From Desulfobulbus sp. (lineage in GTDB: Bacteria; Desulfobacterota; Desulfobulbia; Desulfobulbales; Desulfobulbaceae): a stretch of DNA of 24,000 nt. The stretch lies in the NCBI GenBank assembly GCA_050252135.1, contig JBFWLN010000001.1, positions 341,721 to 365,720 on the forward strand, in the 5' to 3' direction. The position numbers and the translations under genes are program-made. Under the pieces are notes generated by a model. The model saw nothing but the letters and a program-made list of their open reading frames with translations. It was not told the origin of the DNA and ran no database searches. Position 1 is the first letter of the stretch; each line of letters starts with the position of its first letter. Positions 16,245-24,000 of the stretch are shown here, piece by piece.

Positions 16245-17219
16245 ATGAACGAGCAATTTCCCCGACCCAGAATTCTTGTCAGCCGGTGTTTGGGTTTTGC
16301 AGCCTGCCGTTACGACGGCGCGATTCTTAAAAATAGTTTTGTCGAACAGTTGCAGTCCCAGGTCGACCTGATTCCGGTCTGCCCGGAGGCCGACTGTGGC
16401 CTAGGCATTCCCCGGCCGCCAATCCGGCTCTGTAGCTCCGAACAGGGATTGGTTGTCTACCAGCCTGCGACAAGCCGCGATGTCACCGCCCGGCTGCAGG
16501 CTATGATCGCAACCATTCTCACCGAAAATCCTCAGGTGGATGGCGCCATATTAAAAAGCAAGTCACCCAGCTGTGGCCTATTTGACGCCAAGATCTACCA
16601 GGGGGTCGAAAAGCCGCAGCCGCTTGGGAAAGGAGCCGGTGTTTTTGGGGAACAGGTTTTGCGGCACTGCGTCGGGGGGGCCATCGACGACGAGATGCGC
16701 TTAACCAACATTATCCTCCGCGAGCATTTTTTGATCAAGGCCTTTACCCTGGCCCGCATCCGGGAGTTGAGCACGCGACCGACCATGGGAGCGCTTGTAG
16801 CCTTTCATGCCAGCCACAAACTGCTTTTTCTCGCCTATAATCAGAGCCATTTCCGCCTTGCGGGCAAGATCGTGGCCAACCAGGAGAAACTGCCGGTCGC
16901 CGAGGTGGTTCAGCGTTATCGTGAGCAACTGGTGCATATCCTGGAAACACCGATGCGCATCCCCGGGGTGATCAACACCCTCTACCATGCATTCGGCTGG
17001 ATTTCCGAGCATCTGGGAGCAGAAGAAAAACAGTACCTGATCAACACCATCGAAGAGTACCGCGATGAGCGCCTACCGCTGCAGGCGGTCACCCGTTTAA
17101 TCGAGGCCCACGCCCTTCGATTCAGCAACGAATACCTTCTCAGCCAAATTTTCCTTCGTCCTTACCCCCGCGCCCTGGCTGGTTTGCACGATTCCGGCCG
17201 GGGGCGCGAGGTCCGCTGA
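16245..17219 (+). CDS. ybgA: YbgA-like protein: DUF523 (TudS-like [4Fe-4S] domain) fused to DUF1722
   Basis: Start at ATG 16245, 19 nt after the hgcB stop. The N-terminus has RILVSRCLGFAACRYDG, IPVCPEADCGLGIPRPP and KSPSCGL (DUF523 Cys pattern). The C-terminal helical half is DUF1722-like. Confidence 0.75.
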   Translation: MNEQFPRPRILVSRCLGFAACRYDGAILKNSFVEQLQSQVDLIPVCPEADCGLGIPRPPIRLCSSEQGLVVYQPATSRDVTARLQAMIATILTENPQVDGAILKSKSPSCGLFDAKIYQGVEKPQPLGKGAGVFGEQVLRHCVGGAIDDEMRLTNIILREHFLIKAFTLARIRELSTRPTMGALVAFHASHKLLFLAYNQSHFRLAGKIVANQEKLPVAEVVQRYREQLVHILETPMRIPGVINTLYHAFGWISEHLGAEEKQYLINTIEEYRDERLPLQAVTRLIEAHALRFSNEYLLSQIFLRPYPRALAGLHDSGRGREVR

Positions 17220-17230
17220 GGACGGCGCGT

Positions 17231-17626
17231 TCAATTTTCCTGAGATTGACTTTGAATCGTCTTCAACAAGGCTTGCAAGCCGATAGCCTGGAGCACTGTC
17301 AAACATTCATCATGATGGAAGAATCCGGCCATAACTGCGGCAAACTGGGTGGCAAGAAAGACCATCTCGCCGTCTTCCTCCTTGGCCAGTAAACGACGGC
17401 ACCCGGCGATATCATCGGTTTCCACCGCTCCGATGATATCGTTGAGCCAATCGAGCTGACTCTCCTCAAAATGAAACTCCACCATGGCCTGGGCGTACAT
17501 GGATACAATCGCAGCCCGGTGGTCGTAAATGGCATCCAGATCATTCTCCTGGGCAGCGTCCAGCACCTGTTCAATCTGCTCCAGCAGTTCCTGAACATCC
17601 TGATTTTCCTGATTTTCTTCATTCAT
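17231..17626 (-). CDS. hypothetical highly acidic protein (131 aa)
   Basis: Start at ATG 17626 with AGGAGA RBS. It is Glu/Asp/Gln-rich, has no recognisable motif, and begins 33 nt downstream of eamA. Confidence 0.55.
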   Translation of the reverse strand: MNEENQENQDVQELLEQIEQVLDAAQENDLDAIYDHRAAIVSMYAQAMVEFHFEESQLDWLNDIIGAVETDDIAGCRRLLAKEEDGEMVFLATQFAAVMAGFFHHDECLTVLQAIGLQALLKTIQSQSQEN

Positions 17627-17659
17627 ATGGCGTCTCCTATGCAATGCGATGGGTAGATT

Positions 17660-18541
17660 TCAACGTGACTCCCGCCCGGACTGCATCCCCATATAGAGAG
17701 CAAGCAAGGTGCCCGTTACACCTACCCAGTTTATCACGCTGGTCGGACGATGAAACAACAATACGTCCCAAAGAAAAGAAAGCAGTGGTTGAAAGAGGAG
17801 AATAAACCCGGTCAGAGAGGCACGCATTCGCGGCATACCGCCTGCGATCAAAGCCCAACCGAGGGTTTGGCTCAAGAGGCCAAGAGCTAACAACGCTAGC
17901 CAGCTGATCCTATCGGGGATAGCAAGGGAGGTGCCGGTGGCTCCCAGAAAGATACCTAAAAATAGCGCACTTGCCCCGGAAACCAGCATCAGGTTGAAAA
18001 AGAAGGAAAACTCACGCGCCTCGGTCTGGAGTTGACGCAAAATGAGCAAAAAGCCGCTGTAGCACAGCGCAGTCAAAAGCCCAAGCACCACTCCCCAACG
18101 ATACTCTTCTCCCAGAGCCTGCCAAGGACCGCCTACCAGCAGATACAGCCCCAGAAGCGCCAATGGCACCGCAAAGAGAAAGCGAAGATGCAGTCGTTCA
18201 CCCAAAAACAGTACCCCAACGGCGGTGAGCAAATAGACCTGGAAGTTGCCGAGAATGGTAGCCAGGCCCAGGCCGACATATTGGATACTGGCATGCCAGC
18301 AATAAAGATCTAAAGCAAACAGCAATCCGCAGACAAGCCCCCAGAACAAAAGCCGTTTATTAATCGGATGGTATTCACCGCGCAGAATGCAGATCAACAG
18401 CAAGAATAAAAATCCGAAAAAAACGCGGTAAAAGGCGGAGACCGTGGGCGGAACCGTGGCTACCTTCACCCAGACCGCGGAGAAAGAGATGCAGAAGGCT
18501 CCGATCAGTATCGCGGCCAAGGCAGGCAGACGGGTCAACAT
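17660..18541 (-). CDS. EamA/DMT-superfamily transporter
   Basis: About 10 TM helices arranged as two EamA-like repeats. ATG 18541 lies 5 nt after the pta stop; the alternative TTG 18550 would overlap it. Confidence 0.8.
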   Translation of the reverse strand: MLTRLPALAAILIGAFCISFSAVWVKVATVPPTVSAFYRVFFGFLFLLLICILRGEYHPINKRLLFWGLVCGLLFALDLYCWHASIQYVGLGLATILGNFQVYLLTAVGVLFLGERLHLRFLFAVPLALLGLYLLVGGPWQALGEEYRWGVVLGLLTALCYSGFLLILRQLQTEAREFSFFFNLMLVSGASALFLGIFLGATGTSLAIPDRISWLALLALGLLSQTLGWALIAGGMPRMRASLTGFILLFQPLLSFLWDVLLFHRPTSVINWVGVTGTLLALYMGMQSGRESR

Positions 18542-18546
18542 CGGGA

Positions 18547-20682
18547 TCAATCAGCAAGACGCGTTGTTGGTGGCAGCGCTGAAGCCTCAACAGACAGCGC
18601 CTGAGCCTGAATGGCGGTGATAGCCACAGTGTTGACGATGTCGGAGACGAGACAGCCACGGCTGAGATCGTTAACCGGTTTGTTGAGCCCCTGAAGGATC
18701 GGACCGATGGCCACGGCTCCAGAGGACCGCTGCACGGCCTTGTAGGTGTTGTTGCCGGTATTGAGGTCGGGAAAAATAAAGACACTGGCACGGCCCGCCA
18801 CTTCGCTCTCGGGCATTTTTTCATGCGCCACCGACAGATCAATGGCAGCATCATACTGGATTGGGCCGTCGATCTTCAAATCAGGACGGTGTTGTCGAGC
18901 CAGTTCCACCGCACGGCGCACTTTATCAACCTCCTCCCCCTGTCCGGAAGTACCGCTGGAATAGGAAAGCATGGCCACGATCGGCTCGATGTTGAACATG
19001 GCCGCAGTTTCCGCAGAGCGGATGGCGATTTCCGCCAACTGCTCGCTGTTTGGATTGGGATTGACCGCGCAGTCCCCGTAGACCAGCACCCGGGTATCCA
19101 GGCACATGAAAAAAACACTGGAGACCACTGACACCCCAGGTCGGGTACGAATGATCTGAAAGGCCGGCCGCACCGTATGCTGGGTGGTATGCACCGCCCC
19201 CGAAACCATGCCGTCGGCATAGCCGGTATGGACCATTAGTGTGCCGAAATAGCTGACATCATTGATAGCATCACGAGCGTAATCCCGAGTGGACCCCCTA
19301 TGCTTGCGGGCCTGATAGAGGCTTTCAACCAACTCCTCACGCAGGGGCGAGGTCCTGGGATCGATGATAGCCACATCCTGAAGTTTCAAACCCAGGGCCG
19401 CAGCTCGGCTGCGGATGGTCTTCTCCTCACCGAGCAGGGTTAAGTTAACCACTTCGCGGGCACGTAGGATCTCGGCTGCCTGGAGGATTCGGTCCTCCTC
19501 GCCCTCTGGAAAGACAATATGCTTGCGATCGGCGCGGGCTCGCTGAAAAAGGGTATATTCGAACATCAAGGGCGACATGGTGGTGGTCACGGTTTCAATC
19601 ACCTGCTGTTCCAGGGCGGTTGCATCAACGTGGCTCTCGAACACACCCAAGGCGCGGGCTATTTTTTGCGCGTTCCTGGGCCGCAGGGTTCCCTTAACGG
19701 CCGCGGCGCGGGTGGCGGCAGTATAGGTATCTCCGGGCATGAGATAAATCGGCAAGGGGAGGTCATCGATCCCATTGAGTAAACGAACCATGGATGAACT
19801 CGGCTCCAGATTGCCGGAGAGCAACAGGCCCGCAGGGGTTGGATAATTACGTGAGGCAATCGCCCCCAGGGTGGCAAAAATGATATCCGGACGATCGCCG
19901 GGCGTGACCACCAGATCATCCTCCTCAAGAAAATCAATGTAATTGGCCGGACTCATTGCCGCGACCTTGATTGCATGGACATCACGCTGCAACCCGGCCT
20001 CTGGGCCGCTGAAATGGCGGGCACCGAGATCCTCGATAATCTCTTCCATGGTCGGCATGCTGAATCCATGCATTTCGGGCAAAAAATCAAGCCGATAAGG
20101 TCCCCCCTGATGGTTTGCTCGAATTTCCGATTCAGCCGTTTGCAGCAGATCGGGATCGATCCGATTCACAAACACAGCCAACAATGGACACTGGTACTGC
20201 TCGTAGAGCTGTTCAGCTATGCGGATATTTTCTTCTATCTCCTCAATATTCCGCTCATGGCCATTCACCACATGCAGGGTAGGAGCTCCCAATTCCCTGG
20301 CGATGCGAATACTGATGTCGTAGTCAAAAGCCTCGGACATACCAACAATGTTAGGCCCTTCACAGAGAAGGAAGTCGCATTTTTTCCGAACCTCTCCATA
20401 TTTGCGCACGATCTCCCGAAAAAGGAGCCGTTCCTCGCCATCAGCGATCAGCGTGCGGGCCAGTTCGTGACTGACCCCGGCCATTTCATCAAAACGCAAA
20501 GTAAGACCATAACGATCCTTAATCAGAGCAATATCATTATCCTCACGACCATCGCCGGAAATAATCGGCCGAAAAAAGCCGATCCGTTCGATTCGTCGTG
20601 AGAGCAATTCCATAACCCCAAGGGTTACCACCAGTTTGCCACACTCTTTTTCAAGATTGGCGATATACAAACAGTCTGCCAT
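18547..20682 (-). CDS. pta: phosphate acetyltransferase, long form (N-terminal P-loop-like/DRTGG region plus PTA domain)
   Basis: 711 aa from ATG 20682 with AGGTGA RBS. The C-terminus (YKAVQRSSGAVAIGPILQGLNKPVNDLSRGCLVSDIVNTVAITAIQAQA) closely matches E. coli Pta. Confidence 0.93.
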   Translation of the reverse strand: MADCLYIANLEKECGKLVVTLGVMELLSRRIERIGFFRPIISGDGREDNDIALIKDRYGLTLRFDEMAGVSHELARTLIADGEERLLFREIVRKYGEVRKKCDFLLCEGPNIVGMSEAFDYDISIRIARELGAPTLHVVNGHERNIEEIEENIRIAEQLYEQYQCPLLAVFVNRIDPDLLQTAESEIRANHQGGPYRLDFLPEMHGFSMPTMEEIIEDLGARHFSGPEAGLQRDVHAIKVAAMSPANYIDFLEEDDLVVTPGDRPDIIFATLGAIASRNYPTPAGLLLSGNLEPSSSMVRLLNGIDDLPLPIYLMPGDTYTAATRAAAVKGTLRPRNAQKIARALGVFESHVDATALEQQVIETVTTTMSPLMFEYTLFQRARADRKHIVFPEGEEDRILQAAEILRAREVVNLTLLGEEKTIRSRAAALGLKLQDVAIIDPRTSPLREELVESLYQARKHRGSTRDYARDAINDVSYFGTLMVHTGYADGMVSGAVHTTQHTVRPAFQIIRTRPGVSVVSSVFFMCLDTRVLVYGDCAVNPNPNSEQLAEIAIRSAETAAMFNIEPIVAMLSYSSGTSGQGEEVDKVRRAVELARQHRPDLKIDGPIQYDAAIDLSVAHEKMPESEVAGRASVFIFPDLNTGNNTYKAVQRSSGAVAIGPILQGLNKPVNDLSRGCLVSDIVNTVAITAIQAQALSVEASALPPTTRLAD

Positions 20683-21113
20683 GGAATTCACCTGGGTAAC
20701 AAAAAAATTTAAGAGAAGGACGTCGCATCTTAGTTGAACCCCACCAGCAATACAAGCCTATTTCTCTTGTATTTTCAAGCCAATGGACCTGATAACTTTC
20801 ATTTGCGCCTTGGGGTTCATCAACACAAGCTAACATACAAAATTATGCGTTACGAAAAACTAGAATGAACGTGCAATGGACAATTAGGATACACTTAATT
20901 TTTTGGACCCCATGCCTTGATTTTCTTTAGGAATTTTTTTTTTCTTGACAAGATACGAGACAGTAACGTTGTGGGACAAACTGAGTGGGGAGTCAGGAGG
21001 TGCCGAATATACTTACAGTTTATACTGAATGGCAAATCATTGTTTGGCACCCCTGAACGTCAAACTCCGCGAAAAAATGGCAAAAATCGGTATCAACACC
21101 TTGATTTTGTTCG

Positions 21114-21142
21114 TTGACAGCCATTTCCTTCTCCTTTATAGT
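21114..21142 (+). promoter_or_regulatory. near-consensus sigma70-type promoter
   Basis: TTGACA (21114-21119), 17-nt spacer, TATAGT (21137-21142), about 370 nt upstream of the satP ATG. Confidence 0.5.
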
Positions 21143-21510
21143 CACCGCTAATTTGACAAAGGGGATTCAGGCTAATCTATATGCTAAGGGGGTGATATTT
21201 AAGAAGTTAGTAAAAATTATCAATAAAATGAGCAATGCTTCAAGGGGGGAGGAAGATAAGTTATTTGTTTCTATAACTGAATAAATTGACTCAAATTTTA
21301 TTGCCTGGATTTTTACCTTTAATACCGTAAGTGTTCTTCTAGTTGTTTGATGTAACCAAAAGCAGTGTGTCGACATCGCGATAACCTAAAAACTAGATAT
21401 TGCGATGGGGTTTTAAGTTATGTTTTACCGTTTACTTGTGAAAGTAGTCGATAGGTACACTTAACCTGTCACGTTCGTGGCAAGAGACAATCACATCATA
21501 GGAGAAAGAT

Positions 21511-22098
21511 ATGGCAGATGTAAAACCCCAGGGTAATCCGGCAGTCGTAGGTCTTGCAGGCTTTGGTTTGACCACCATGATGCTTCAGTTCCACAACCTC
21601 GGCTGGATGGGCACTGGCACAATCTTTTGTACAGCTATGTTTGTCGGCGGATTGATGCAATTCATCGCGGGTTTCCAGGAATTCAAGTGCGGCAATAACT
21701 TCGGTTATAGCGCATTCTGCACGTATGGCGGATTCTGGATGGCACTCGGCCTTATATGGGCCCTGGCCGACCTGGTACCACCAACTTGGAAACATCTGAG
21801 CATTACCGGTAATGATATCGGGTTCTTCCTTGTTGCCTTCACCTTGTACACCGTTATCATGTGGATCGGCTCCATGCGTGTGCATATGGCCATGTTCCTC
21901 ACCTTCACCACCTTGATTCTCGGATTCATCGGCCTTGACCTGGTTTTCCTGGCTGGCATGAAAGAGAGCCTGTTGAAGCTGACCGCCATTGACCTGATTG
22001 TCTGTGCATCTCTGGCCTGGTACATGATGGCTGCCGCTATCTTTGCTCAGCTGTTTGGTCGTCCAATTCTCCCTGTAGGAAAGCCTTTAGTCAACTAA
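21511..22098 (+). CDS. satP: acetate/succinate transporter, GPR1/FUN34/YaaH (SatP) family
   Basis: 195 aa with AGGAGAAAG RBS. N-terminal NPAVVGLAGFGLTT signature and six hydrophobic helices. Confidence 0.88.
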   Translation: MADVKPQGNPAVVGLAGFGLTTMMLQFHNLGWMGTGTIFCTAMFVGGLMQFIAGFQEFKCGNNFGYSAFCTYGGFWMALGLIWALADLVPPTWKHLSITGNDIGFFLVAFTLYTVIMWIGSMRVHMAMFLTFTTLILGFIGLDLVFLAGMKESLLKLTAIDLIVCASLAWYMMAAAIFAQLFGRPILPVGKPLVN

Positions 22099-22147
22099 TT
22101 CTCACTTGGGTGGTTACGCACCACCACGACAAAGTCTTTTTAAAAAA

Positions 22148-22178
22148 GGCGTCCCGTTTTTCGGGACGCCTTTTTTTT
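22148..22178 (+). terminator. rho-independent terminator after satP
   Basis: GGCGTCCCG-TTTTT-CGGGACGCC followed by T8. An A6 run precedes the stem, so it could act in both directions. Confidence 0.85.
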
Positions 22179-22478
22179 ATTGAATGAATGCACACTTCAG
22201 TTGAGTCATCACCATCATCAGGCAATATCCCTATCGACATAGGGCAGGATTAGCCAGGAACTCAGAAAAATCCAACCGGTGATCGGCCAAGGGACCATCC
22301 AAAATTTCTCCATTCCCCATAGGGAAATATGTATCCACTACGACCTGACCCAGCTAATATTCGCTGTACCTGCTGTGCCAGTATCGTGGACGATAGTTGC
22401 AGTAAGGATCATAGCCTTGAAATGCCCCCTGGCTAAATGAGAATTGGCGATGTTATTACGGCAAGGCTGGCCGATTGA

Positions 22479-23195
22479 CTAGCGGCAAAGCAACATCAGC
22501 CCCAGGAAGGCCAACAGCAGGTAAATAATCCGCAAATAGGTTGAGCGCGGTATTCTGTCACCGATGCGCGAACCGATCAAGGTACCAAGAAGGACAAAGC
22601 TAGAGGTGAGGGCAAAGAAATGCAGGGTAGAATCGGTGATGATGCCGTTACCGGCATGAACCATGGCGGTAACATACCCATTGATGACGAAAAATCCGGT
22701 CAGTGTGGCACGGATTTCATCTTTTTTCCAATTATGGAGGGTGGTGTAAATTATCGCCGGGGGACCGCCCGCGCCGACGGTGGCATTAATGGCACCGGAA
22801 AAGAAGCCTGCGATATAGCCCCAGATCCGTGGTGGGTTAATGGGCTTGGGGGTAAAACGCAGGTTCAGCAAACTGATGGCGATCAATACCACGCCCAATA
22901 GGCGGCTGATCACCACCGGATCGGCCTGTTTCAGAAATGCTGCACCCAGCAAAATTCCGGGAACAGATCCGGCCAGTAACGGTAGAATCTTTCGCCAATC
23001 GAGCAAATGCCTAAGGGTGTAAACCAGGGTTGTCGTCACGACCAACCCGTTGAGGATAGCCAGGGGTACCGCCTGCTTGACATCCATGATTAGGCTGAGC
23101 AAGGGGATAGCGACCAAGGCACCGCCAAAGCCCGTCAGGCCTTGGACACCGCCGGCGAGAAAAAAAATGCAGCAGGAAAAAACAGCAACCGTCAT
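22479..23195 (-). CDS. TauE/SafE (TSUP, DUF81) family anion exporter
   Basis: Hydrophobic protein with GGVQGLTGFGGALVAIPLL and GAINATVGAGGPPAIIY motifs. The start is uncertain: ATG 23195 is chosen and the ORF extends to TTG 23228. Neither has a clear RBS. Confidence 0.8.
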   Translation of the reverse strand: MTVAVFSCCIFFLAGGVQGLTGFGGALVAIPLLSLIMDVKQAVPLAILNGLVVTTTLVYTLRHLLDWRKILPLLAGSVPGILLGAAFLKQADPVVISRLLGVVLIAISLLNLRFTPKPINPPRIWGYIAGFFSGAINATVGAGGPPAIIYTTLHNWKKDEIRATLTGFFVINGYVTAMVHAGNGIITDSTLHFFALTSSFVLLGTLIGSRIGDRIPRSTYLRIIYLLLAFLGLMLLCR

Positions 23196-23486
23196 CACAT
23201 GGTCATGGGCGAGGTGTTCTGTTGGCAAAATTGCTGTACGGGAAAGCCACCACTATAGGTCGCCCCTCCCCTTACGTCCATCAATTCCGACATGCTGCCA
23301 TCAACCACCAATGCGACAATTTGTCGCCAATTCTGCAATTTTGTAAACAACACCACCATCAGGAGCTCTTACCAGCAACCAGGCAGGTGAACTCCATTTC
23401 AGCTATACGCCTCTACCCCTCGACATTCCATCCTTTTTCAAAAAAGTTTTCAAGAGGCCTGCCTATTGCATTGAATCAGGCATATT

Positions 23487-23509
23487 CGTTATTTAAAAAA
23501 ATAATAGCG
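23487..23509. promoter_or_regulatory. operator-like inverted repeat CGTTATT-N9-AATAGCG (copy 1)
   Basis: Half-sites are at 23487-23493 and 23503-23509. The arms extend to ATTCGTTATT / AATAGCGAAT with one mismatch. Confidence 0.5.
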
Positions 23510-23613
23510 AATGAATCCTACGGCAGAAGACACACCCTGCTTCCGGAAAATATCGGCGAATCAAGGATCATTTTTCCTTGCAGGTGCGAACGATTGTAAG
23601 GTGTTATTTTTAA

Positions 23614-23636
23614 CGTTATTCTACAAACGAATAGCG
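23614..23636. promoter_or_regulatory. operator-like inverted repeat CGTTATT-N9-AATAGCG (copy 2)
   Basis: Half-sites and 9-nt spacing are identical to copy 1. It ends 19 nt upstream of the ATG of the ModE-like gene. Confidence 0.5.
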
Positions 23637-23655
23637 TTCTTCAGGAGAACCGGTT

Positions 23656-24000
23656 ATGAAAAAAACATGCATGACTCCACCCGATTGTTGCGTCATCATT
23701 GAAATGGAACGAGGAGCGAATTTAGGTTACCGCAAGGCCGTGCTTCTCGAAGAAATTCGGGCGTTGGGATCGCTGACCAAGGCGGCCAAAGTCTCGAAGA
23801 TCGACCAGCAACACGCCCGCGACTTGATCCAGGAAATGAACCGCTCTTTTTCCGAACCGCTCGTCTATTTCCTTGGTAACCCAAGCCTCTCGGATCGGGT
23901 GGAGCTGACAAATAAGGGGTTGAGTACCGTCAAGAGCTATTGGCTGCAGTTTGAGCCTGTCTGGCTCTCGATTATAGAGGAGCGCTCAAGGCACTATTGA
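23656..24000 (+). CDS. ModE N-terminal-domain-only winged-HTH regulator (no Mop domain)
   Basis: 114 aa with GGAGA RBS 7 nt upstream. RKAVLLEEIRALGSLTKAAKVSKIDQQHARDLIQEMNRSFSEPLV matches the ModE/LysR-type N-terminal HTH pattern. The ORF ends with TGA at 23998-24000. Confidence 0.7.
   Translation: MKKTCMTPPDCCVIIEMERGANLGYRKAVLLEEIRALGSLTKAAKVSKIDQQHARDLIQEMNRSFSEPLVYFLGNPSLSDRVELTNKGLSTVKSYWLQFEPVWLSIIEERSRHY

Noticed and set aside
20917-21376. ORFs 20917-21117 (+) and 21167-21376 (-) in the AT-rich intergenic region
   Set aside because: They have no RBS and implausible composition. Such ORFs are expected by chance in AT-rich non-coding DNA.
23222-23599. 125-aa ORF in the tauE/modE-like intergenic region
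   Set aside because: It has no RBS and no motif, its sequence is His/Gln/Ser-rich, and it overlaps the operator-like repeats, so the region is more likely regulatory DNA.
1-24000. CRISPR arrays, tRNA/rRNA genes, IS elements, integrases, prophage or toxin-antitoxin modules
   Set aside because: I saw no regularly spaced repeats, cloverleaf-like sequences, transposase or integrase motifs, or terminal inverted repeats in any frame or intergenic region.

Overview
This is a gene-dense chromosomal segment with about 25 protein-coding genes. By eye I found no rRNA, tRNA, CRISPR array, transposase or integrase. The gene content suggests an anaerobic, Desulfobacterota-like bacterium, but taxonomy cannot be fixed without a database search. 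The main locus is hgcA-hgcB (14945-16225), the corrinoid protein plus 2[4Fe-4S] ferredoxin pair that determines microbial mercury methylation. A ybgA-like DUF523/DUF1722 gene follows it 19 nt downstream, and an eroded PflX-like radical-SAM gene remnant lies just upstream. Left third (239-7593, all minus strand): a CobB sirtuin translationally coupled to a zinc-ribbon/PilZ c-di-GMP receptor; an orphan periplasmic binding protein; a polytopic membrane protein; two tandem TIGR01777 (YfcH-like) SDR paralogues, one fused to an SRPBCC domain; a DUF155/RMD1 protein; and a small membrane protein carrying a CxxCKKIR...HGICPDC cysteine module. Middle: panE-panB, an AlaC-like aminotransferase, and an AHAS-I-type ilvBN operon. 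The ilvBN operon is preceded by a 32-codon Val/Ile/Leu-rich leader peptide (absent from the ORF track) and an intrinsic terminator, which together form a classical attenuator. Right third: a pta-eamA-acidic protein operon divergent from satP across an 820-bp AT-rich intergenic region with repeated sequence blocks; a TauE/SafE exporter; and a ModE-N-terminal-only regulator preceded by two copies of an identical CGTTATT-N9-AATAGCG operator-like motif. All family assignments come from motif recognition by eye and need confirmation by HMM or BLAST.
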